From the IMG/VR virus record IMGVR_UViG_3300005265_000001, positions 32,001 to 96,000 of that record: 64,000 nucleotides of DNA. One strand, 5' to 3'. The notes below the pieces were generated by a model. The model was given only the letters and a program-made list of their open reading frames with translations. It did not search any database and was not told where the DNA came from. The stretch comes from a virus. The position numbers and the translations under genes were made by a program. Below are positions 1-8,431 of this stretch, piece by piece (positions within the stretch are counted from its first letter, which is position 1; each line of letters opens with the position of its first letter).

Positions 1-2
1 AG

Positions 3-158
3 GAAGTTTTTAATAAAATACTCAAATTGGAATTGGAATCAGTAAAAAATGGAAACAAAATTGATGATAGTTTTCAACAGGTTCCAAAAATGGTTTACAA
101 TAGAGACTATAATGGTTTGAAAGATTTTTATGGGAAAAAAGTAAAGGAATATAGATAA
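3..158 (+). CDS. 3' end of a small helical protein, partial; putative paralog of ORFs 1110 and 5353
   Basis: Manual translation EVFNKILKLELESVKNGNKIDDSFQQVPKMVYNRDYNGLKDFYGKKVKEYR*, stop 2 nt before the ATG at 161; weak similarity to the small ORFs ahead of the other JAB genes. Confidence 0.5.
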   Translation, partial: EVFNKILKLELESVKNGNKIDDSFQQVPKMVYNRDYNGLKDFYGKKVKEYR

Positions 159-160
159 AT

Positions 161-1108
161 ATGCAAGGGATTGTGTTGAAGGGTCCGCATAAATATTTGC
201 GAAAATATAAAGGTAAGAATGGGAAGTGGGTTTACATTTATAAGGAAAAAAGGGGCAAATCTCATTCAAAAACTCCAAAAACATTATTTTCAGATGTTCC
301 GAATCTTGAGTTTGAAGCCAATTCACACCGATTTAATCCATTTGAAACTTTAATTTTATTTGATGAAAAAGGAAATGTTATTCATAGGGAGAAAGGAAAT
401 TCTGAACGGGTATCAATAGAAAAAATAAGAGATAAACTTGATAATGCACCTATAACTTTTCATAATCACCCTTTGGTAGATGCGTCGTTTTCTCCTAATG
501 ACGTTGGTGTGGCTATGAATCATAGAACAAAAAGAATGGTTGTAGCGTCACCTAATTATAATTATGAAATGACTTTTGATTGGGATAAAATTTATAAACA
601 TTATGGCGGCTATAAAAAGTTTTCAAAGGAAATCAATAAATATTATGCCCATTACGCAACAATTATAAAATTAGAAATGGAATCTGAAATACAACATGGC
701 AGTAAAATAACAGATAAAGAAATTGATAGAAGATTTTTTAGTGGGGTTTGGAGAAGTGTAGCAAGAGAGATTGTGGGAATGGAATATAAACAAGAAAAGA
801 TAAAATTTGATATGGAAACACCCTATGATAATAAGAAGTTTAAAACAAATGTTAAGACTATAAATCCAGACGATTTATCCAAAGAATTTAAAAAATCAAA
901 ATATGTCAAAAATGTTAGAATATTTCCAATGAATAAAATGTATGCTTTTAGCATAATAATGAAAAATGGAATGGTTTTGAATATGACTATTGATAAAAGC
1001 AAACCGCTTACTGAGGCCGTTTGGGGTTCAAAGGGTATATATGGGAAAATGAAAGAAGATGTTCAACGCATTTATTACAAATTCATAAAGGCAAAAGAGG
1101 TAAAATAA
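161..1108 (+). CDS. Leader-tagged JAB/MPN (JAMM-motif) protein 1
   Basis: N-terminal HKYLRKYKGKNGKWVYIYKE; ETLILFD...HNHPLVDASFSPND matches E...HxH-x7-S-x2-D. Confidence 0.75.
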   Translation: MQGIVLKGPHKYLRKYKGKNGKWVYIYKEKRGKSHSKTPKTLFSDVPNLEFEANSHRFNPFETLILFDEKGNVIHREKGNSERVSIEKIRDKLDNAPITFHNHPLVDASFSPNDVGVAMNHRTKRMVVASPNYNYEMTFDWDKIYKHYGGYKKFSKEINKYYAHYATIIKLEMESEIQHGSKITDKEIDRRFFSGVWRSVAREIVGMEYKQEKIKFDMETPYDNKKFKTNVKTINPDDLSKEFKKSKYVKNVRIFPMNKMYAFSIIMKNGMVLNMTIDKSKPLTEAVWGSKGIYGKMKEDVQRIYYKFIKAKEVK

Positions 1109-1109
1109 A

Positions 1110-1274
1110 ATGGATAAAAAGGAAATTGAAAGACTTTTTAATTTACAGTTTAAAGCGGCTATGGAAGTAAAAGATAAAATTGATGATAAAATTCACTTAG
1201 ATTTTTCACGGGCAATGGTAAGGGGGGATCAAGAAAAAATAAAAGAGTTGGAAAAAGAATTTTCAAAAAAATAA
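1110..1274 (+). CDS. Small 54-aa helical protein, candidate partner or immunity protein
   Basis: Manual ORF MDKKEIERLFNLQFKAAMEVKDKIDDKIHLDFSRAMVRGDQEKIKELEKEFSKK with GAGG RBS; fills the gap between JAB genes. Confidence 0.7.
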   Translation: MDKKEIERLFNLQFKAAMEVKDKIDDKIHLDFSRAMVRGDQEKIKELEKEFSKK

Positions 1275-1287
1275 TTGGGGCAATAAA

Positions 1288-1932
1288 GTGAAATCGGAAC
1301 GGGCAAATCACAAATATTTACGAAAATATAGAGGCAAGAATGGGAAATGGGTTTACATTTATAAGGAAGGAAAAAAGAAAAGTGGTGATACACCTGAAAT
1401 TAATGCCTTACCCAAAATTGTAAAAGCTGATATGAATAGAATCAGAAATCATAAATATGAAATCGGCATTTTTTATAATAAATACAATGAAAAAATAGAT
1501 GAGATGACAGATGATGAACCCGATACACTTGAATATGATGACGATGATATCAAATACATAAGAGGTCAAAAACCTACAATTTTTATCCACAACCACCCCA
1601 ATTCGGCGTCATTTTCAATTAATGATATTGCAACGGCCTCCATTTTTAAAGTTCCAAAAATAATAGCAACATCTAAAAAAGCTGATTATTTAATGGTATT
1701 TAAGAAATCATTTATGAACAAATCTATTAAAACGAGAGAAAAAATAGTTAATAAATTGGCTAATCATTACATATTACTTAATGAAATGACAGTTGGAAAA
1801 TTCTTGGATGCTATTGATGCGGGTAAAATGACAGTGGAAGAAGCTGATTTTATCCATTTTCATAATCTAATTGAAAATCTTGTTAAGACATTTCCAGAAG
1901 TTTTTGAAAAATACGAAAGAAAATTAAAATAA
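1288..1932 (+). CDS. Leader-tagged JAB/MPN protein 2
   Basis: Leader HKYLRKYRGKNGKWVYIYKE; YEIGIFY...HNHPNSASFSIND. Confidence 0.75.
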   Translation: MKSERANHKYLRKYRGKNGKWVYIYKEGKKKSGDTPEINALPKIVKADMNRIRNHKYEIGIFYNKYNEKIDEMTDDEPDTLEYDDDDIKYIRGQKPTIFIHNHPNSASFSINDIATASIFKVPKIIATSKKADYLMVFKKSFMNKSIKTREKIVNKLANHYILLNEMTVGKFLDAIDAGKMTVEEADFIHFHNLIENLVKTFPEVFEKYERKLK

Positions 1933-1937
1933 AATAG

Positions 1938-1966
1938 TTGACTTTTTTCCCTTTTACTGTTATAAT
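1938..1966 (+). promoter_or_regulatory. Sigma70-type promoter
   Basis: TTGACT-17 bp-TATAAT with extended -10 TG, upstream of ORF 1993. Confidence 0.8.
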
Positions 1967-1992
1967 GTTTGTGAATTTAACAGAAGGGGGAA

Positions 1993-2721
1993 ATGATGGC
2001 GATTCATGTAACTATTAGTGATAAAGATGGAAAAAAGGTGGTTACTTTTGAACCATTTCAAATGCCCAAAATTAAGGTTGGAGAAAAAGTTGTATTTAAA
2101 ACTGGTGAAAGCAGAAAATATGGTGTTATTGCGAAAGTAAAAAACAATGCTATGTTTCATTATATTGAATGTGTAATGTTTGACACTTTTGTTAGGTCGG
2201 ATGTGGCAAATTCAATTAATTGGGATAGGGTTGCCGCAAAAATCTATAAGGTTAGAGGTGGAAAATCTTTTGAGGTTCCAACAATTAAAACCAAAGCAAT
2301 TGTTTTTGAATTTTCAAATGATAGTAAAAATTTTGGTTGGTTTGCCTTTCCAGAGTCTATGACTGAATATATTGATGAAAAAAATTATAAAGAAGTGGTG
2401 GCGGAAATTAATAGGGTAAGAAAAGAAATTGATACTCAAAAAGCAAAAGAAATTATTAAACTGAGAATGGGTGAATTTGATGCTTGTATTATTGATGAAT
2501 TTAATAAACCACCATTCAATCATGGGTTCCCGTGGGATGAATACAAGGCCGTTTTTCTCAAAATGACTTCTTGTCGGAATACAACGGTTGTGGTTTTCAA
2601 AGATAAAGATGTTCTGAATGTTCCCCAAAAAATTGCGGGTATTGTAATTGGGAAAGGGGGCAGAACTATTAAAGAAATACAAAAAGTTCTGGAACACAAA
2701 GTTTCAGTTAATGTTATTTAG
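1993..2721 (+). CDS. Protein with C-terminal KH RNA-binding domain
   Basis: VPQKIAGIVIGKGGRTIKEIQKVL, the KH GxxG motif. Confidence 0.7.
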   Translation: MMAIHVTISDKDGKKVVTFEPFQMPKIKVGEKVVFKTGESRKYGVIAKVKNNAMFHYIECVMFDTFVRSDVANSINWDRVAAKIYKVRGGKSFEVPTIKTKAIVFEFSNDSKNFGWFAFPESMTEYIDEKNYKEVVAEINRVRKEIDTQKAKEIIKLRMGEFDACIIDEFNKPPFNHGFPWDEYKAVFLKMTSCRNTTVVVFKDKDVLNVPQKIAGIVIGKGGRTIKEIQKVLEHKVSVNVI

Positions 2722-2803
2722 GAATATATTATTGTGAAAAAGGAAATTTTATACAAGGATTGTAATAAAAATATGCCGGCGTTTTTATGTGGATGGTTAA
2801 AAT

Positions 2804-3067
2804 ATGAATAAATATGGAGAAAAGAAGGAAAAGTTTGAATGGTTTTTAGCATGTTCAATAAGGCAGGCTAAAATTTATTGTAAATTAAACAAAATTCCAT
2901 TCAATCCCAATAAAATTATAACAAAATTTCAGGATGTGTTGGGTTTGTATGGAATAATTGTTAGAGCAATTGGAGAATGGTATAAAAATGATGATTTAGA
3001 TAAAATAATAGAATATATGAATAATCATAATATTGTATTGGTAACGGCAATTCAACAACTTGATTAA
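2804..3067 (+). CDS. Hypothetical protein
   Basis: ORF track, same strand as neighbours. Confidence 0.55.
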   Translation: MNKYGEKKEKFEWFLACSIRQAKIYCKLNKIPFNPNKIITKFQDVLGLYGIIVRAIGEWYKNDDLDKIIEYMNNHNIVLVTAIQQLD

Positions 3068-3080
3068 AAGTGAGAGGAAA

Positions 3081-3233
3081 ATGAAAAAAATTGTAATTGA
3101 TTTTAGTGAAGATATTGAAAATTCTGATTGGCTTTATATTAGTAGATTAAAACGAAAAGCCAAACAGGGAGATAAAGAGGCTGAAAATGAATTAAAAAAA
3201 CTTGGAATTAAAATGGAGGAAGAAAATGATTAA
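3081..3233 (+). CDS. Small 50-aa protein
   Basis: Manual ORF MKKIVIDFSEDIENSDWLYISRLKRKAKQGDKEAENELKKLGIKMEEEND with GAGG RBS. Confidence 0.6.
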   Translation: MKKIVIDFSEDIENSDWLYISRLKRKAKQGDKEAENELKKLGIKMEEEND

Positions 3234-3513
3234 TTTGGATGCTTTTGATGATGAAATGAAAGAAAAAATGCAGAAAAAAAATGTTGATTTTATAATGGAG
3301 GTTGAAAGAATAATTAAAAAGTATAATTTGGATGAGGAAAAAGTTGCAACCATGATGAATTTTATGATGGGGGCGTCAGTTGCCACGATGTCAAAAGAAC
3401 AATTGAGAGTTGTAAAAGTTACAGTATGGTTGTTAATGAAATCATATTTGGGAATTGATATTGAAGAGTGGGGGAAAAACAATCTTATAGAAAAGGAAAC
3501 TTTTATAAATTGA
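3226..3513 (+). CDS. Hypothetical protein upstream of the ART gene
   Basis: ATG 3226 preceded by GGAGG; overlaps both neighbours. Confidence 0.6.
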   Translation: MINLDAFDDEMKEKMQKKNVDFIMEVERIIKKYNLDEEKVATMMNFMMGASVATMSKEQLRVVKVTVWLLMKSYLGIDIEEWGKNNLIEKETFIN

Positions 3514-4397
3514 AATTTGTGATATTGGTAAAATCGGAACAGACAAATCATAAATACCTAAGAAAATATAAAGGTAAGAATGGGAAATGGGTTTACATTT
3601 ATAAGGAAAGTAGCGTCAAAAAAGGAAAAGATGAGTTAGATATTCAGATTAAACCCCAATATAAAGCACAATATCAAAAATATTATAATCAATATGCTGA
3701 AATGTTTTCAAAAATTCCAGAAAAAGATGTCAAAGGATTTAAAAATTCCATAAACGGTTGGATGAATATGTTGGGAAATGATAAAACAATTCCACGGGGG
3801 TTTAAAGAAAATCCAGTTGGAAAAATTATCATAAACACAACAAATGAAAATAAAGATGTTAAAGATTTATTGATGATGTGGTGTCATTCTACATATAGTT
3901 GGGGTGGACATGATTTTAGAAAAGCAATTTATGAAATCGAAGATAATGTAGCTGAAAGAAAGAAAATAAAGAAAGAAAAAGATGATTATCACAATCCAAA
4001 AAATCTTGAAATAGTTTTGAAATTGAGGGCATTTGGGCAAGCATATTTTGACGTTATTAAAAATGATGTAAAAGAAATTCAATTATATAGAGCTATTGGG
4101 GGGGATACGGGAAAACAAATATTAAAAGGATTACAAGAAAACGCTGAAATTTCCTATCGTGATTTACCAATGTCTTCATGGACAATAAAAAGGAAAGAAT
4201 CAATTTTTAGAGGAATTGGTGATATAGCAATTAAACACACCTTTTCAACTAAAGACATATTTTTACCACGTGAAATTTTGTATTCAGTTTTTGATAATGG
4301 TGAATTTGCAGATGAACATGAATATATGGTAGTTGGGCGGAATGAAGAAAAACCGATAAATAAAAATGATGTGGTTTTTGTTGAAAGAGGTTATTAA
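3510..4397 (+). CDS. Leader-tagged ADP-ribosyltransferase, R-S-E class
   Basis: Leader present; LYRAI / MSSWT / DEHEY match the R, S and ExE motifs; likely TTG start in a TTGA overlap (ORF track starts at 3468). Confidence 0.7.
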   Translation: MKFVILVKSEQTNHKYLRKYKGKNGKWVYIYKESSVKKGKDELDIQIKPQYKAQYQKYYNQYAEMFSKIPEKDVKGFKNSINGWMNMLGNDKTIPRGFKENPVGKIIINTTNENKDVKDLLMMWCHSTYSWGGHDFRKAIYEIEDNVAERKKIKKEKDDYHNPKNLEIVLKLRAFGQAYFDVIKNDVKEIQLYRAIGGDTGKQILKGLQENAEISYRDLPMSSWTIKRKESIFRGIGDIAIKHTFSTKDIFLPREILYSVFDNGEFADEHEYMVVGRNEEKPINKNDVVFVERGY

Positions 4398-5212
4398 TGA
4401 ATAGAAATCACAAATACCTAAGAAAATATAGAGGCAAGGGGGGGAAGTGGATTTATATTTATAAGGAATCTACATTATCTCATGATCCTGGTTGGAAAAA
4501 AGATTTTCCAAAAGTTTTGAGTAATACAACTGTAAAATATTTAAAATCCAGAAAAGATTATGATAAGGCCAAAAAAGGTCTTGATGTTAAAGCGGCTGTA
4601 AATGTTATAAATGAAGTGGTGAATGAAAAAAAGATAAAACAAACTTTATCAAAATATAATCCAAAAGATACAATTGTTTGCGCTGTTCATGCAATTGAAG
4701 TTCAGGGTCATAATTATTTACCTACGGCGTATGCGGCTAAAATATCGAATTTAATGGGGTTCAAACTTGATGATAATATTGTTCAAGCTAATGTGGTTGG
4801 TAGAACAAAGAAAAATGCTTATGAAAGATTAGTAGCCAAACCAAAATTTTCAGGTAATGTTATCAAAGGTAAAAAATATATTTTAGTTGATGATGTTATA
4901 GGTCAAGGGGGAACAATAAATGAATTGAGAAAATATATAGAAAAACGTGGTGGTGAAGTAGTTCATGTTTCCAGTTTGGCGGTTGGGATTTTTGCCGCAA
5001 CTTTGCCAATTTCAGATAAAACTAAAGGTGAATTGATTAAAAAATATGGTAAAAAAGGATTGAGTGAATTTCTGAAAAAATATAATATAACTGATAATAT
5101 AGATTCAATGACTGAAAAAGATGGCCGGTTATTGCTTAATAATAAATCAATGACAATCGAAAAACTTTCAAAAAAACTTGACGAAATAGTTGACAAATTA
5201 AAAAAGGGATGA
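4397..5212 (+). CDS. Leader-tagged type I phosphoribosyltransferase-fold protein
   Basis: Leader present; PRPP-binding motif YILVDDVIGQGGT. Confidence 0.8.
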   Translation: MNRNHKYLRKYRGKGGKWIYIYKESTLSHDPGWKKDFPKVLSNTTVKYLKSRKDYDKAKKGLDVKAAVNVINEVVNEKKIKQTLSKYNPKDTIVCAVHAIEVQGHNYLPTAYAAKISNLMGFKLDDNIVQANVVGRTKKNAYERLVAKPKFSGNVIKGKKYILVDDVIGQGGTINELRKYIEKRGGEVVHVSSLAVGIFAATLPISDKTKGELIKKYGKKGLSEFLKKYNITDNIDSMTEKDGRLLLNNKSMTIEKLSKKLDEIVDKLKKG

Positions 5213-5218
5213 TATAAT
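5190..5218 (+). promoter_or_regulatory. Perfect sigma70 promoter overlapping the PRTase 3' end
   Basis: TTGACA(5190)-17 bp-TATAAT(5213) with extended -10 TG; GGAGG follows at 5225. Confidence 0.8.
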
Positions 5219-5237
5219 GATGGCGGAGGTGAATGGT

Positions 5238-5369
5238 GTGAAAAATCTTAAAAATGACGAAATTGCAAAATTGCAAAATGAAAAAAATCTTTTGCAAAAA
5301 ATCTTTTTGCAATTATTTGAACACCCCCAAAAAATGAATGAGGATAGTAAAAATGAGAAAAAAAATTGA
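5238..5369 (+). CDS. Small 43-aa protein
   Basis: GTG start after GGAGGTG; MKNLKNDEIAKLQNEKNLLQKIFLQLFEHPQKMNEDSKNEKKN. Confidence 0.45.
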   Translation: MKNLKNDEIAKLQNEKNLLQKIFLQLFEHPQKMNEDSKNEKKN

Positions 5370-5520
5370 TAAATTATTTGATGATGTAATGAGACTTATT
5401 GTGGAGAAGGCGGATAAATTACCTCTTGATAAATATTCAGTAGATGTAATTGAATCCGTGTATAGAGAAGATGCAAAACAGTTACAAAAAATAAAGAGAG
5501 AATTGGAAAAAATTGAATGA
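5353..5520 (+). CDS. Small 55-aa helical protein, putative paralog of ORF 1110
   Basis: MRKKIDKLFDDVMRLIVEKADKLPLDKYSVDVIESVYREDAKQLQKIKRELEKIE; ATGA overlap with JAB3. Confidence 0.65.
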   Translation: MRKKIDKLFDDVMRLIVEKADKLPLDKYSVDVIESVYREDAKQLQKIKRELEKIE

Positions 5521-6140
5521 AAGAGCGGACAACCCATAAATATTTACGAAAATACAAAGGTAAGAATGGGAAATGGGTTTACATTTATAAGGAAACAAGT
5601 TTAAAAGATTCCAAAAATTCTTTATTTGAATTTGAATCTATTGGAAAAATTGCCAATAAAATAAGAAATCAAAAATACGAAACCTTTGTGTTGTTTGACA
5701 ATAAAGGAAATGTTGTATTTCAAAAAGATGGTGGTGAAGATTACGTTAAATTGGACGGCTATTCTTTAAAAAAAGCCATTAAACGAAATAAAACAACTAT
5801 TCACAATCATCCCAAAGGTAGTTCATTTTCTTGGGAAGATATTAATATTGTTTTAAATGCGGGCCACGAATCAATGTATGTTTGCTCGAAAAAATATGAT
5901 TATAAAATTGAATTTGATTATGAAAAAATAAATGAAAAATATGGAGATATTGAAAGATTCAGAAAAGAATTGGCAAATGAAAATTTAAGAGCAAATGTAG
6001 AAGTGCGAAATAAACTTGAAGATATGATAGATGACGGAAAAATAACACCACAAGAAGCAGAAATATTACATGAAAATTTGGTTTGGAATAAAATTCAGGA
6101 TAGAATGGTAGGTATAAAATATATAAGGCGAGAGATATAA
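5517..6140 (+). CDS. Leader-tagged JAB/MPN protein 3
   Basis: Leader; YETFVLFDNKGN...HNHPKGSSFSWED. Confidence 0.75.
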   Translation: MKERTTHKYLRKYKGKNGKWVYIYKETSLKDSKNSLFEFESIGKIANKIRNQKYETFVLFDNKGNVVFQKDGGEDYVKLDGYSLKKAIKRNKTTIHNHPKGSSFSWEDINIVLNAGHESMYVCSKKYDYKIEFDYEKINEKYGDIERFRKELANENLRANVEVRNKLEDMIDDGKITPQEAEILHENLVWNKIQDRMVGIKYIRREI

Positions 6141-6145
6141 ACAAA

Positions 6146-7291
6146 ATGAAAAAAAGAACAAATCATAAATATCTTAGAAAATATAGAGGCAAGGGTGGGA
6201 AGTGGATTTATATTTATAAGGAAGGAAAAAAGAAAGATAGGACTGTAAAGGTAAAATTAACAAAATATCAACAATTAGCTATTGATAGAGTTAATGAAAA
6301 TTCTCCCGAATTGACACTTGAAAATGTCAGGAAATTATTTTATAAATATTTTATAAAAAACAAAAGAATGGCAGATTATCTTAAAAATTATAAGAAAGAA
6401 CATGGTAAAGATTTGATTACAACTAAAGATTTCTATAAATTGGGCAAATTTTTCCAAAAAAATATAGGAACAGATATTTTACCTGTTTACATTTTGAGAA
6501 AATTTAAACGGGGGGATTTAGAAAAAAGTTCATCTTATAAAGATTTGGTAAAAACAAAAAGAATGAAAAATCAATTAGAATTGGGTAAAGCCGCAACATC
6601 CAATGGATCATTGATTCCCGCACCTGGGGATTTGAGGGATTATTGGGAACGTAGGTCTTTTTATGGTGCATTTCAGGAAAATCCAGAATATAAAAAATTA
6701 TTAAAAAGAGAATCAGAATATTTTACTAAAAAATTAGGAAGAGAGCGTCCTATTTATGGGTATATGTCTCTTCATAATTCTTCAATGGATTTTAGAACAC
6801 AATCACAATATGGATTTTTCAAATTTAGAGTGAAACCTGAAATTGTTGAAAAATATGTTACATTTACTCCAAACAATAGCAGTGATTCAGATGAATTAAA
6901 TAGAACATTTACAAAAAAGAATCCGTATTACTTGCTTGAATACATAATGGATAGTATATCAAATAGGAAAACTAAAATTGGTATAATGGAAAAGGATATA
7001 GAAATTATAAAAAACATAATAAAAACGGGTAAAATAGATGCCCCAAAAGAAACTTTTGATAATTTAGCAACATTTTTTAGAAGATATGTTGAATCACAAT
7101 TAATTGGAGATGCAACACTTGATAAATTTGAATATGTTGCCATTGAAGATTGGAAAAATAATGAAAATCTTAAAAGATATTATGGGTCTGATTATATTGA
7201 TAAAGAAATGCAACGATTTTCTCCGAAAATATTAAAACAAATTGCAAAAGAATTGGGTATTCCAGTTAAAATAGAGGGGGGCAATAAATGA
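6146..7291 (+). CDS. Leader-tagged DUF3626-like protein (possible ART-like fold)
   Basis: Leader; TSNGSL, ERPIYGY, QYG, VTFTPNNS and YVESQLIG motifs resemble DUF3626 as recalled. Confidence 0.55.
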   Translation: MKKRTNHKYLRKYRGKGGKWIYIYKEGKKKDRTVKVKLTKYQQLAIDRVNENSPELTLENVRKLFYKYFIKNKRMADYLKNYKKEHGKDLITTKDFYKLGKFFQKNIGTDILPVYILRKFKRGDLEKSSSYKDLVKTKRMKNQLELGKAATSNGSLIPAPGDLRDYWERRSFYGAFQENPEYKKLLKRESEYFTKKLGRERPIYGYMSLHNSSMDFRTQSQYGFFKFRVKPEIVEKYVTFTPNNSSDSDELNRTFTKKNPYYLLEYIMDSISNRKTKIGIMEKDIEIIKNIIKTGKIDAPKETFDNLATFFRRYVESQLIGDATLDKFEYVAIEDWKNNENLKRYYGSDYIDKEMQRFSPKILKQIAKELGIPVKIEGGNK

Positions 7292-7584
7292 AAGTTTTAA
7301 GTATTGACAAACATGAAAATGAATATAGGGTTTATATAGAAAAAAATGGCAAATATTATTTATATTCTATTACTCCAAAAAAACAAACCGAAATAGTAGA
7401 TTATCCCGATATCAAAAATTATGGGCATTTTGTAAATGTTATTTGGAAATTTGACAATTTTGTGTGGTTTACTAAAGAACCTTATGAAATTTCAAAATTG
7501 GATTATGATACAATTCAGAAAGTTCATTCATATTGGAGCAAAAAATATTGGAATGGAAAAGATGGACCTGAATGGGTAGAATAA
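7288..7584 (+). CDS. Hypothetical protein translationally coupled to the DUF3626-like gene
   Basis: ATGA overlap, GAGGGGG RBS. Confidence 0.65.
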   Translation: MKVLSIDKHENEYRVYIEKNGKYYLYSITPKKQTEIVDYPDIKNYGHFVNVIWKFDNFVWFTKEPYEISKLDYDTIQKVHSYWSKKYWNGKDGPEWVE

Positions 7585-7585
7585 G

Positions 7586-7614
7586 TTGACTTTTGCTTGA
7601 AATGGTGATATAAT
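7586..7614 (+). promoter_or_regulatory. Sigma70-type promoter
   Basis: TTGACT-17 bp-TATAAT with extended -10 TG; GGAGG RBS before 7640. Confidence 0.8.
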
Positions 7615-7639
7615 GGTTAAAATTTAATGGAGGAAAATA

Positions 7640-8158
7640 ATGATTATTGAAAGACAAGAAAAAGGGATTGTTCTAAAAAAAGAAGAAGAAAATTCCATTT
7701 CTGATTTTATCGAAAGTCCTGATTTAATCTCAAACTATTTAGAATTTTATTTTTCCAAACAAGACGGTTGGAGTTATCTTTATGATATTCAAAAAAATTG
7801 TGTTTATTGGTTGACTGATTATGGTTTTAGTGCCATAGATGAATTTTTGAATTGTGATAAAGTATTTCTTCCAAAACACCCAAACGATAATACATATAAA
7901 GGATATGAATGGAATGAAGGCCGGCCGTCATGGATACGGTATGAAGTTTTTTTGAGAACTGGTTATTATTTAAAAAAATACAAAGACAGGGATAGGGCAT
8001 TTAAAGAAACTTTGGAATCAATGAAAGAATTGATTGAGGCGAAAGATATTGAAAAAACTGAAATAATGAAAGCATTTAATTTAACATATATGTGGGAGGA
8101 ACCTAACAAAAGACAACAAATGGTAATTGGTATTTTGAAAATTTTATTGGGAGAATAA
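7640..8158 (+). CDS. Hypothetical protein, likely early
   Basis: ORF track, promoter and RBS. Confidence 0.7.
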   Translation: MIIERQEKGIVLKKEEENSISDFIESPDLISNYLEFYFSKQDGWSYLYDIQKNCVYWLTDYGFSAIDEFLNCDKVFLPKHPNDNTYKGYEWNEGRPSWIRYEVFLRTGYYLKKYKDRDRAFKETLESMKELIEAKDIEKTEIMKAFNLTYMWEEPNKRQQMVIGILKILLGE

Positions 8159-8161
8159 AAG

Positions 8162-8419
8162 ATGGATATATGTGGCGTTAAGATTCCACTTTGGAAATAT
8201 ATTGCTTTTAAAATGTGGGAATGGAAACATTGTTGGAGATACATAAATATAGAATACCAAGGCAAAATATATAATTGCAGATGTTGTGATTATTGTTGTG
8301 ATTTACAAATTAAAAATAGCAATGGAAAATGGAAAAAATTCAGGGGCGAAATAGCCGATAATATTTTAAAAACTTTGAAAGAAAAGCATAGAAGAATTAC
8401 AAATATTAAAATAAATTAA
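8162..8419 (+). CDS. Cys-rich hypothetical protein
   Basis: CRCCDYCC cluster. Confidence 0.55.
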   Translation: MDICGVKIPLWKYIAFKMWEWKHCWRYINIEYQGKIYNCRCCDYCCDLQIKNSNGKWKKFRGEIADNILKTLKEKHRRITNIKIN

Positions 8420-8431
8420 AGGAGTATTAAA

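Larger units (their letters stand above)
188..6223 (+). repeat. Six dispersed 60-bp repeats encoding the shared leader, at 188-247, 1309-1368, 3549-3608, 4409-4468, 5535-5594 and 6164-6223
   Basis: Near-identical DNA such as aaaggtaagaatgggaaatgggtttacatttataaggaa near the 5' end of six ORFs. Confidence 0.95.

Noticed and set aside
5260-5315. Short ttgcaaaa repeats as an operator array
   Set aside because: They lie within a plausible small ORF in very AT-rich DNA and cannot be distinguished from chance
188-6223. Leader repeats as a CRISPR array or attachment sites
   Set aside because: They are in-frame coding, irregularly spaced 0.6-2.2 kb apart and not palindromic; no cas or integrase gene is in the window
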